From: Oscillospiraceae bacterium
Lineage (GTDB): Bacteria > Bacillota > Clostridia > Oscillospirales > CAG-272
Length of the DNA stretch: 64,000 nt
Reading direction: 5' to 3'
Assembly: GCA_015064355.1 (NCBI GenBank)
Contig: SVSJ01000004.1
Coordinates: forward strand, 22,120 to 86,119
Numbering within the stretch: the stretch's first letter is position 1; each line of letters starts with the position of its first letter. Position numbers and translations under genes: made by a program. Under the pieces are notes generated by a model. That model saw only the letters and a program-made list of their open reading frames with translations, was not told the DNA's origin and did no database searches. Positions 10,134 through 18,338 of the stretch are shown here, in pieces.

Positions 10134-10198
10134 GTCGAAAATAAATCAAATAACAAAGCCCCGCTTGTTTAGCCTTGGGTGTTAAGGGACAGTTAAAA

Positions 10199-10240
10199 AG
10201 CCGATATAGATTTATTTCCATATCGGCTCTTTTCTATTTT
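10199..10240 (+). terminator. Intrinsic terminator after the GH36-like gene
   Basis: gccgatat (10200-10207) pairs with atatcggc (10220-10227), followed by tcttttctatttt. Confidence 0.6.
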
Positions 10241-10511
10241 CACTACCGCCCCCGGTGGTGAGTAAGTGCGCCCTTCCTGAAGGCTTTGAGTGATATGCTG
10301 TCTTCGACAGCGTTATATTTTTGCTACCGCAAAAGTGATATTGCAGAGGCTTCGCCTTGCAGTGATATTCTATTCGCCTCCTAAACTCGCGTAGCGAATA
10401 CCACTCGGCGTAAGCCGAATATCACTGCGAAGCAATATAACTCGCCGTAGGCGAATAGAGTTGGCGTTGTCTCCTTAGGAACACAACGCCTTTAGGCGGG
10501 GCTTTTTCTTT
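10241..10511. repeat. Hairpin-dense GC-rich intergenic element (about 270 nt, at least 8 consecutive stem-loops)
   Basis: Stem-loops include gctgtcTTCgacagc (10297-10311), tgcagaggcTTCgccttgca (10342-10361) flanked by direct gtgatatt repeats, tcggcGTAAgccga (10405-10418) and ggcgttgt..acaacgcc (10463-10490). No ORF with coding character. Confidence 0.5.
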
Positions 10512-11861
10512 TTATCTTGTCAAATTTTTCATCCAGTTATATCGGTTGATCTTTACCACCGCAACGAAGCATTTTAATATCTGGTCGCATTTAAGGCAGG
10601 CAAATACCACCCAAGCTGGTACGCCGAGAATTGTTGCAACGATAGCAGACGGCAGAACGACGAAAAACACGAATATGAAGTCGTTTTTAAATACAAATGA
10701 TATGTCTCCGCCGCTTTTAACCAATCCAAACAGGCATGCCGCCTGATAACAGGTTCCGATTATTGTGACGGACAGCACGTTTATATATTTTGTTGCCTCA
10801 GCTACAGCGGCATCGGATACTGCGTACAGGGAGATGAAGGGATCTCTGATAAGGAATACTGTAATTCCCGTGACAACACCGAGAGCGAGGAATATTATCT
10901 GCACAGTCTTTGCGTATTCACGCATCTTATCTTCAAGTCCTGCACCGATGGTCTTGCCTGTAATGATTCCCACTGCCCCCGACATACCGTTCATTACAAC
11001 GTAAGCCAGGTTGTTCACCGTATTTGCAATGCTCATTGCAGTAACAGCTCCGTCTGCGGTCTGACGACCCATTATTGCAGAGCTTGTAAGCATATTCGTT
11101 GCCCACACAAGCTGTCCTGCAATGATCGGCAAGCCGTACTTAACAAAATCTCTCAAAAGCAGCCGGTCTGTTTTCAAAAGATCCCCAGGCTTCAGGCGAA
11201 GCTTTTTGTCGTAAGCAAAGACGTAAACTGCGATAATAACGGTTTCAACTATTCTTGCAATCAGGGTTGCTAGTGCTGCACCCTCCACACCCATAGCCGG
11301 GAATCCGAGCTTACCGAAGATCATAACGTAGTTAAGTCCGATATTGACCACAAGGGAACACAGGGATACGTACAGTCCTATTCTTGCGATCTCCACGCTC
11401 CGCATTGCGGCAATAAGTGACTGGGTTATGCAGAAAAACAGGTATGAGAAGCACACGATCCGCAGATATTCCGCACCAGTTTCAATTATGTCCCTGTCCT
11501 TGGCGAAGATCGATATTACTTCACTCGGGAACAGGGCACAAACAAGGGTCAGAACAGCCCCAACTATTAAGGAAAATCTGATTCCGATCGCCACTATCTT
11601 CCGTATAGATTCTGTGTCGCGTTTTCCCCAGTATTGCGCTGCGAGAATGAGGATCGCTCCCTCGATACCGCCGCTGAACACTTGAAGGAGAGTTTGTATC
11701 TGGTTGCCCATATACATTCCCGATACTGCGGCGTCTCCAAGAGAGCCCACCATAACGCTGTCCGCAAGGTTTACAGAAAATGTTACCAGGTTTTGCAGGG
11801 CAATCGGTATGGCAAGGAGAACAAGGCTTTTATAAAAGGATTTATCTTTAGTGAATAACAC
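10512..11861 (-). CDS. MATE-family efflux transporter
   Basis: 449 aa, 12-TM-like hydrophobic pattern. The N-terminus KSLVLLAIPIALQNLVTFSVNLADSVMVG is typical of MatE. GTG start with gagagga RBS. Confidence 0.9.
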   Translation of the reverse strand: MLFTKDKSFYKSLVLLAIPIALQNLVTFSVNLADSVMVGSLGDAAVSGMYMGNQIQTLLQVFSGGIEGAILILAAQYWGKRDTESIRKIVAIGIRFSLIVGAVLTLVCALFPSEVISIFAKDRDIIETGAEYLRIVCFSYLFFCITQSLIAAMRSVEIARIGLYVSLCSLVVNIGLNYVMIFGKLGFPAMGVEGAALATLIARIVETVIIAVYVFAYDKKLRLKPGDLLKTDRLLLRDFVKYGLPIIAGQLVWATNMLTSSAIMGRQTADGAVTAMSIANTVNNLAYVVMNGMSGAVGIITGKTIGAGLEDKMREYAKTVQIIFLALGVVTGITVFLIRDPFISLYAVSDAAVAEATKYINVLSVTIIGTCYQAACLFGLVKSGGDISFVFKNDFIFVFFVVLPSAIVATILGVPAWVVFACLKCDQILKCFVAVVKINRYNWMKNLTR

Positions 11862-11948
11862 GTGTGTTTCCTCTCGGTTTATCTTTGATTTTCTTAATTA
11901 TACAACAAAATTTTCCGCTTTTCAATATTGACAGGAACATTTGAAGCG

Positions 11949-11977
11949 TTGACTTTGGGGCACAAAAATGGTATCAT
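11949..11977 (+). promoter_or_regulatory. Sigma-A-type promoter for the S51 peptidase gene
   Basis: TTGACT (11949-11954), 17-nt spacer, TGgTATCAT (hexamer 11972-11977). Confidence 0.45.
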
Positions 11978-12009
11978 TATAAGTAATAAAAAGTTAAGTG
12001 AGGTTTGTT

Positions 12010-12666
12010 ATGGTTAATATTCTCTTTGACTGTCCCAATATTGACGATTTTTATGACGAGCTAAAGGAATATTTCTCTCCCGGCGACAAGGTTGCCGTAG
12101 TTGCATTTTCGTTTTATGACGATTACGTGAAGGATGAGGCAAGCTGGGAAACAGTTTACGGCAAGGGCGTGGGAAGATGCTATTTTGAAACTGTTGATTC
12201 ATTTAAACCTTTCGGTATACCAGAGGATAATTTTTCTTTTATAAATTATTTCACCGACACAAAAGAATCAGCCAGAGATAAGATAAAAAACGCTGACGTG
12301 ATCTACTTCACAGGCGGGCTGCCCGATCGAATGATGGACAGAATTGAAGAATTTGACCTTGTGGACGTGCTTATGGCGCACAAAGGCGTTGTTATAGGCT
12401 ATAGTGCCGGCGCCGTGATCCAGATGCGTGAATATCACCTCTCCCCGGACGACGACTACCCGGAATTCGGTTACTACAGGGGTATTCCCTACGTTGATGG
12501 ATTCTATCTTGAAGTACATTACGAGCACAAGCCCTGGCAGGACGAGTCCATCAAGCGGGTTCCACTTGAGCGGGGCAAGCCTTTATACGTTCTCCACACC
12601 AGAGAGGGCGGAATTATTGTAAAAGACGGCAAGATAAAAACTGTAGGTCACGTGGATATGTACTGA
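12010..12666 (+). CDS. Peptidase S51 (dipeptidase E-like) family protein
   Basis: IYFTGGLPDRM and VIGYSAGAVI (G-x-S-x-G nucleophile elbow) match the S51 / class-I glutamine-amidotransferase-like fold. ATG 12010 chosen over the GTG at 11998. Confidence 0.7.
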   Translation: MVNILFDCPNIDDFYDELKEYFSPGDKVAVVAFSFYDDYVKDEASWETVYGKGVGRCYFETVDSFKPFGIPEDNFSFINYFTDTKESARDKIKNADVIYFTGGLPDRMMDRIEEFDLVDVLMAHKGVVIGYSAGAVIQMREYHLSPDDDYPEFGYYRGIPYVDGFYLEVHYEHKPWQDESIKRVPLERGKPLYVLHTREGGIIVKDGKIKTVGHVDMY

Positions 12667-12684
12667 TTTATATTTACGCAAAGC

Positions 12685-12780
12685 GGAGGAGTTCTTGATA
12701 CAATTCCTCCACCATGGCACTTACAAGCAAGTACCATGGTCCCCCTCCCTTTGACAAAGGAGGCTTTTTCGTTCCATCTC
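12685..12780 (+). repeat. Three consecutive GC-rich hairpins; the last, with its T-run, acts as terminator of the S51 gene
   Basis: ggagga..ttcctcc (12685-12720), accatgg..ccatggt (12721-12750), cctccctttgacaaaggagg (within 12751-12774), then ctttttc. Confidence 0.5.
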
Positions 12781-12832
12781 TTTCCCGCTATCATCTATAT
12801 CTTGAAGTATTTACTTTAAAGCTACAATACAA

Positions 12833-12877
12833 AAAGAGCCCGGCACCGATATGGTGTCAGGCTCTTTGTTTTTTTTG
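12833..12877. terminator. Bidirectional intrinsic terminator at the 3' end of the glycan locus
   Basis: aagagcccggcacc / ggtgtcaggctctt stem, flanked by aaaaa and ttgtttttttt. Lies immediately 3' of the minus-strand ATPase gene. Confidence 0.65.
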
Positions 12878-12878
12878 A

Positions 12879-14003
12879 TTAAACGAGAAGGTTCTTCTCT
12901 GTTTCGGGATCGAAGAAATGCATTACCTTGCCTTCGAATGTTACGTAAATTGTGCTGTCGTAAACGAGAGCCTTACGCTGATCGTCGTCAAGAGCAATTG
13001 TAGGAATACGAACGATAAGCTTGTCGCCGTTATCCTCAACAACGTGGAGGTGGAGCTCGCTACCCATCATTTCGTTTACCTTGATCTTGCAAGGAATAGC
13101 AGCGGGGTTGTTTGCATCAGAAAGTGTGAAGTGCTCAGGACGAACACCGAGAATGATCTCGCCGGACTGAACATTCTTTTCCTTCAGCATATCTGCCTTG
13201 GCACCTGTAACCTCGATCTTTGCACCGTAAGGTGTTACGTAATACTTGCCGTCCTCGAGAACAAGGTTGGTCTTAAATGTATTCATCTTGGGCGCGCCGA
13301 TAAATTCAGCAACGAACAGGTTATCAGGCATATCGAACACCTCTGTAGGTGTGCCAACCTGCATAATGAAGCCGTCCTTCATAATAACGATACGGTCGCC
13401 GAGAGTCATAGCTTCGGTCTGGTCGTGTGTTACGTAAACGAAGGTTGTGTCGATCTTCTGACGGAGAAGGATGATCTCAGCTCTCATCTGGTTACGGAGC
13501 TTCGCGTCAAGGTTGGAAAGAGGTTCGTCCATGAGGAATACCTTACTGTCACGAACCATAGCACGACCGATGGCAACTCTCTGTCTCTGACCACCGGAGA
13601 GGGCACGAGGCTTTCTTGTGAGGTATTCGGTGATACCGAGGATCTCAGCAGCCTTTGTTACCTTGTCGTAAACCTCATCCTGGGGAACCTTCTTGAGTCT
13701 CAGGCTGAATGCCATATTCTCGAATACTGTGAGGTGAGGATACAGCGCATAGTTCTGGAATACCATGGCGATATCACGGTCACGAGGCTGAAGGTCGTTT
13801 ACAACAACGCCGTCGATCTCGATTGTGCCTTCGGAAATATCCTCAAGACCTGCGATCATACGGAGTGTAGTAGACTTACCGCATCCGGAAGGACCCACGA
13901 AAACGATAAATTCCTTATCGGCAATGTCAAGGTTGAAGTCCTGAACCGCAACCGTGTCCTTACCGTATATTTTCTTTACATTTGTTAATTTTACTGTAGC
14001 CAT
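12879..14003 (-). CDS. msmX: Sugar ABC transporter ATP-binding protein (MalK/MsmX/MsmK type)
   Basis: 374 aa. Walker A GPSGCGKST, signature LSGGQRQR, Walker B FLMDEPLSNLD, and a C-terminal TOBE-like regulatory domain. Confidence 0.92.
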   Translation of the reverse strand: MATVKLTNVKKIYGKDTVAVQDFNLDIADKEFIVFVGPSGCGKSTTLRMIAGLEDISEGTIEIDGVVVNDLQPRDRDIAMVFQNYALYPHLTVFENMAFSLRLKKVPQDEVYDKVTKAAEILGITEYLTRKPRALSGGQRQRVAIGRAMVRDSKVFLMDEPLSNLDAKLRNQMRAEIILLRQKIDTTFVYVTHDQTEAMTLGDRIVIMKDGFIMQVGTPTEVFDMPDNLFVAEFIGAPKMNTFKTNLVLEDGKYYVTPYGAKIEVTGAKADMLKEKNVQSGEIILGVRPEHFTLSDANNPAAIPCKIKVNEMMGSELHLHVVEDNGDKLIVRIPTIALDDDQRKALVYDSTIYVTFEGKVMHFFDPETEKNLLV

Positions 14004-14015
14004 ATTATTCTCCTA

Positions 14016-14900
14016 TTATCCTTTCACTGCTCCGCCTGTTACGCCTTCAACATAGTACTTCTGGAGTGCAAGGAAGACTGCAACTACGGGGATTGCCACT
14101 ATAACGCCAGCGGCACAGAACATGGTATAATTCGTATTTACCATGGTCTTGGACAACCATTCATACATACCAACGGCAACGCTCATACCCGCGCTGTTTT
14201 CGTGAATGATGTAGCTTGCGAGCATAAAGTCGCCCCAGGGAGCCATAAAGCCCATGAGAACGGTGTAAATAATGATAGGCTTGGAAAGAGGCATGATAAC
14301 CTTGCGGAATACCTGCCAACGGGTTGCTCCGTCTACTCGTGCCGCTTCGTCAAGACTCTTCGGAATAGTATCAAAGAAGCCCTTTGATACATAGTAACCC
14401 ATACCACTACTTGCGCAGTATACGATAATAAGTCCGAGAGGAGCCATCTCCATTGTAAGACCGAAGTCGGAGAATACCTTATAAATAAGGATCATGGTAA
14501 GGAATCCCGGGAACATACCGAGGATGAGCATAAGATTCATAAGTCCTTTTCTGCCCTTGAATCTGAGTCTGGACAGTACGTAACTCATTGAAAGAACAAA
14601 GAATGTCTGAAGCACAGCAGTTGCTACGCCCATAATAGCGGTGTTTTTGAACCAGTTAAAGAAGTCGGTTTCCTTGAACAGTCTGATATAGTTGTCAAAT
14701 CCGAATTCACCCGGCCAGAAACGACCATCCATACCTCTTACGTCTACCTTAAAGGATTCAAGAGTAATACCAACGAACGGGAAAAGCCAAATAATTGTTA
14801 TAAGAATGAGAATCACATATATAACAGCGTTTCCCAGTCTGCGGCTTGCCTTAGCGCCAAGTCCGCTTTTCTTGATAGTTTTTTCGTTTGTTTTTTTCAT
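14016..14900 (-). CDS. Sugar ABC transporter permease (MalG-like)
   Basis: 294 aa, 6-TM pattern. EAA loop LDEAARVDGATRWQVFRKVIMP. The start overlaps the upstream stop (TAATG). Confidence 0.9.
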   Translation of the reverse strand: MKKTNEKTIKKSGLGAKASRRLGNAVIYVILILITIIWLFPFVGITLESFKVDVRGMDGRFWPGEFGFDNYIRLFKETDFFNWFKNTAIMGVATAVLQTFFVLSMSYVLSRLRFKGRKGLMNLMLILGMFPGFLTMILIYKVFSDFGLTMEMAPLGLIIVYCASSGMGYYVSKGFFDTIPKSLDEAARVDGATRWQVFRKVIMPLSKPIIIYTVLMGFMAPWGDFMLASYIIHENSAGMSVAVGMYEWLSKTMVNTNYTMFCAAGVIVAIPVVAVFLALQKYYVEGVTGGAVKG

Positions 14901-16474
14901 TACTTGTAATCCTCCTCATTTCTTGTAGACGGAATTACATTGTATACGATAAGGGACAATACAGCAACAACAAGGAATACGCAGATACCAATAAGCGATG
15001 CCATATAGTACTTGGATTCCGAACTGCCGAGAGTCATCTTAAAGAGCCACGTGATAAGAAGGTCTGTGTGACCTACCGATGCACCGCCGGCCGTACCGAT
15101 CGCAGTGTTGAGGGGGTTACCGCCTGTGAGCAAGTAGATAACGTTAAAGTTGTTAAGGTTACCAACGAAGCTTGTGAGCAGGTAGGGTCCCATTACGAAC
15201 ATCATATAAGGCAGAGTGATCTTGGAGTACTGCTGCCAGGGAGATGCGCCGTCGATACGGGAGGATTCGTAAAGGTCTGCGGGGATATTCATAAGAATAC
15301 CGGTAGCCATCAGCATTATGTAAGGAATACCAACCCAGATGTTGATGACGATAACGAGTATCTTCGCAACGATCGGGGAATCCCACAAGGAGATAAAGTG
15401 ATTTGCGGAAAGATATTCAGAGATAGCGGGAATCTGACCGAGCAGTTTACCGATAATACCTGAAGAGTCAAACAGCTTTGATACGTAAAGGAGGGATACG
15501 AACTGGGGGATAGCGATTGTCATAACAAGCACTGTTCTCCAGAACTTCTTGATCTTGATGCCCTTCTTGTTGATCATGATCGCAACGAACATGCCAAGGA
15601 AGTAGTTGGAGAATGTTGCGAAGAACGCCCACATGAGAGTCCAGGAAAGGATCTCACCGAAAGCAAGACCAAGGCCGCCCTTACCGAAGTTAAAGAGCTC
15701 GTTGAAGTGTTCAAATCCTACCCAGCTGAACAGGTTGGAATATCCGTCGTGAGCAGCGTCGTAGCTTGTGAAAGCAACGAGAACCATGTAAATAATCGGC
15801 AGAACTGTGAACGCCATAATACCGAAGAGAGGGAGAGACAGAAGGGTCTTGTGGAACTGGTCGTCAAGGAGAGACTTGAGGTCGTCCTTGCCGCTCTTTA
15901 CCTTCTTGCCCTTTGCGGTAATGTCAATGCAGATCTTGCACTGCTTTACCTGAAGTCTCCAGGTGTAAATGAACGCGATAATGAAAATAATGGTGAGGAG
16001 ACCGTAAAGCATTACCTTAACGGAGTCGTCTCCCGTAACCCATACGTCTGTATCGTAGATAGGATCATACTCGAATCTACCCTGCACCGTACCAATGGTA
16101 GCACCGGTCTGGAACCAGTTACCCTTTGAGAGCCAATAAATACCGCCGCTGGGCACGAGCATATATCCGATAAAGACTATTTCAAATAACAGGAACAGGA
16201 TACCGCGAAGTATCTGTCCGTAATAGAGATTTCCAACGCCGAAAATGAAGAACGAGAGCTTAACAGCCCAGTTACCTTTTTTAAATGTAGTACCAATGTC
16301 AACAAATTCGTTCTTGATCGCTAAACCGCAAGTTTTGAAGAAGTTTACTATCGCAAGTCCGAGACTCTTGAACCACAGCGGAATAGCACAGAAGAACAGC
16401 TTAAGTTTGTACAAAAAAGCGTCAAACTTATTTAGTTTTAAGTATTCTAAATCGTTTAATCTTTTCATAATCAA
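14900..16474 (-). CDS. Sugar ABC transporter permease (long MalF-like)
   Basis: 524 aa. EAA loop LYESSRIDGASPWQQYSKITLP, N-terminal extra TM segments and a large periplasmic-type loop as in MalF/GanP. No obvious Shine-Dalgarno within 15 nt of the ATG at 16474 or 16468. Confidence 0.85.
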   Translation of the reverse strand: MIMKRLNDLEYLKLNKFDAFLYKLKLFFCAIPLWFKSLGLAIVNFFKTCGLAIKNEFVDIGTTFKKGNWAVKLSFFIFGVGNLYYGQILRGILFLLFEIVFIGYMLVPSGGIYWLSKGNWFQTGATIGTVQGRFEYDPIYDTDVWVTGDDSVKVMLYGLLTIIFIIAFIYTWRLQVKQCKICIDITAKGKKVKSGKDDLKSLLDDQFHKTLLSLPLFGIMAFTVLPIIYMVLVAFTSYDAAHDGYSNLFSWVGFEHFNELFNFGKGGLGLAFGEILSWTLMWAFFATFSNYFLGMFVAIMINKKGIKIKKFWRTVLVMTIAIPQFVSLLYVSKLFDSSGIIGKLLGQIPAISEYLSANHFISLWDSPIVAKILVIVINIWVGIPYIMLMATGILMNIPADLYESSRIDGASPWQQYSKITLPYMMFVMGPYLLTSFVGNLNNFNVIYLLTGGNPLNTAIGTAGGASVGHTDLLITWLFKMTLGSSESKYYMASLIGICVFLVVAVLSLIVYNVIPSTRNEEDYK

Positions 16475-16534
16475 AATATAAACTGAGTTTATACTAACTC
16501 CTTATTATACTTATTATAATTGAGAAGGCATTGT

Positions 16535-16636
16535 TAATCGGTATACAAGACATGTGTTGTCCATGTATGTCGGCTAACAATGCCTTTTCTGCCCGAAGGC
16601 CTTGGGTGAGCGATGCGCCCACCCAAACCTCGGATT
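16535..16636 (-). other. Structured intercistronic region between the binding-protein and permease genes
   Basis: Three hairpins on the mRNA strand: ttgggtg..cacccaa (16612-16636), gcc-UUCG-ggc (16601-16610), and a 12-bp stem aaggcattgtta / taacaatgcctt (16535-16595). Confidence 0.5.
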
Positions 16637-16645
16637 GCAATAATA

Positions 16646-18172
16646 TTATTCTACGGGAATAAGTGTAACTGTGCCGCCCTGTGCACCGTCCCAAACGAGC
16701 TGTACCTTGTAGTTGCCGTCTGCTTCAACAACGATGTTAGCGCCGTTGAATTCTACACCGAAGTTAACTTCCCAAGATGCGCCCTGACGAACCTTGAATT
16801 CTTCGCCAGCCTTGAGTGCGAGAACGTCAGACGTGTATGTGCCATCAGGACCTTCTGTCATAGCGAAGTCAACGTCCCAAGATGTGCCGCAGATACCGCC
16901 GATAACGCCCCATGCATTCTTCTGTTCTTCTGTCATCTGGAAGAGACCGTCGATTGTAGTCTTGTATTCATCAAGAGCTGTCTGGAGATCAGCGTCGGAC
17001 TTAGCTGCCTTAGCGTCAGCACCGAGAACCTTTGCGATGTCCCACCAAGAACCGTGGATCTGGCCCTGAGGAATACCGTAGTTGTTCTGCAGAGCGAGAG
17101 CTGCGAGAGAAGCGTTTGCCTGAACTGCTTCAGAAGCCTGAGCTGCCTTGTTGGAGGGGCCCCATTCGAAGCTTGCAAATCTCTGGCTCTGGCATTCTTC
17201 GCCTGTGAGGTACTGAGCGAGGAGAGAAAGAACTGCTGCCTTCTTAGCATCCTGCTGAGGCTTTACGCCCATGAGCTTGTTACCTGTGTAAGAACCGAGG
17301 TGGTAGGACTTACCGTCAACTTCGAAAGAAGGAAGGTCAGTTGCACCGAGGTTAGCGCCGAAGTGATCAGCAGCTGCACCTGCGTTCCAAATACCGGTGA
17401 TAACAACACCTGCATCTGTGAAGATGTCAGCGTTGCTGTCATAGCACTTGGACTGAGCGAGCTTCTGCATACCCTTCATAGCTGCAAGACCTGCTGCGGA
17501 GTTGAAGTCATCATCAACAGATGTGAATTCGCCGTCCTGGTTCATTGTCCATGTGGAGTGACAGCCGGTTGCAAAGAAGAAGGATGCTGTGTACCATGCG
17601 TTTTCAAGAGCATAGCGGAACTTAACGTTGTTCTTTTCACAAGCAGCGATAATAGCTTCGAGGCTATCAGCGTCCTTTTCGGAAATGATGCTTGTGTCAT
17701 AGTACATATAGTAACCGTTGTCGCTTGTCATAGGATAAGCGTAGAGAGTACCTGCAACGGAAGCTGCAGCAACGGAACCGGAGTCATTATTAGCCTTGAT
17801 CTTTTCAGCGGCAGCCTTACCGGGAGCTGCAAGAGCAGCAGCCTGTACAAGACGAGCGAGCTGGTCCTGTGCAAAGCAGTAGATATCAGGAGCTGTAGCT
17901 ACGTCAGCAACTACCTTGGAGCCTGCATCTGCTTCTGTAACGCCTTCGATCTGAGCGTTGATTACGATACCGGGATTAGCTGCTTCGAACGCGTCGATCT
18001 GCTGCTGGAACTGTGCAGCAACGCCGTCCATTTCAGATACCCACATTGTGATGTCGTATGTACCAACGAGATCTGCTGTGTCGGGTGTATCGTCGTTATT
18101 ACCGCAAGCTACGAAGCACGCAGCCATCATAACAACAGCGAGAACAAGTGAAAGAATTTTAGTAAATTTCAT
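16646..18172 (-). CDS. Lipoprotein solute-binding protein (MalE/CycB/GanS class) with an extra C-terminal beta-sandwich-like module
   Basis: 508 aa. Lipobox MAACFVAC. SBP family-1-like body. The last ~95 aa (WGVIGGICGTSWDVDFAMTEG...LKAGEEFKVRQGASWEVNFG) resemble glycan-binding modules. Confidence 0.85.
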   Translation of the reverse strand: MKFTKILSLVLAVVMMAACFVACGNNDDTPDTADLVGTYDITMWVSEMDGVAAQFQQQIDAFEAANPGIVINAQIEGVTEADAGSKVVADVATAPDIYCFAQDQLARLVQAAALAAPGKAAAEKIKANNDSGSVAAASVAGTLYAYPMTSDNGYYMYYDTSIISEKDADSLEAIIAACEKNNVKFRYALENAWYTASFFFATGCHSTWTMNQDGEFTSVDDDFNSAAGLAAMKGMQKLAQSKCYDSNADIFTDAGVVITGIWNAGAAADHFGANLGATDLPSFEVDGKSYHLGSYTGNKLMGVKPQQDAKKAAVLSLLAQYLTGEECQSQRFASFEWGPSNKAAQASEAVQANASLAALALQNNYGIPQGQIHGSWWDIAKVLGADAKAAKSDADLQTALDEYKTTIDGLFQMTEEQKNAWGVIGGICGTSWDVDFAMTEGPDGTYTSDVLALKAGEEFKVRQGASWEVNFGVEFNGANIVVEADGNYKVQLVWDGAQGGTVTLIPVE

Positions 18173-18223
18173 AGGTTTACCTCCTAAAAAATTAAATTTT
18201 TACACGCACTTTGCGTATATATT

Positions 18224-18265
18224 ATTTTAACACCGTTGAACAATTTTGTCAACATAAATGTTCAA
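18224..18265 (-). promoter_or_regulatory. Internal promoter for the transporter genes, with an inverted repeat bracketing the -35
   Basis: On the minus strand: TTGACA (18247-18252), 17-nt spacer, TAAAAT (18224-18229). The inverted repeat TTGAACA (18236-18242) / TGTTCAA (18259-18265), with a 16-nt spacer, surrounds the -35. Confidence 0.45.
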
Positions 18266-18338
18266 TTTTAATAGAATTTTCGCATTATCAACAAAACAAA
18301 TTGCTTTTTTTCAACAAATTGCCAAACACATTTGTCAC

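Noticed and set aside
12918-13988. 356-aa plus-strand ORF antisense to the MsmX-type ATPase gene
   Set aside because: Same reasoning. The sense strand has Walker A, signature and Walker B motifs; the antisense product has none and no RBS context.
16613-18151. 512-aa plus-strand ORF antisense to the solute-binding protein gene
   Set aside because: The translation is Cys/Val-rich and non-protein-like. The minus strand encodes a lipoprotein SBP with a proper RBS and lipobox.
18173-18338. cre (CcpA) or LacI/MalR-type palindromic operator upstream of the transporter genes
   Set aside because: Neither tgttcaacggtgtt nor the neighbouring sequences fit the cre consensus as I recall it (roughly TGWAANCGNTNWCA) or a TGCAAACGTTTGCA-like palindrome. 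Only the non-canonical repeats listed in the findings are present.
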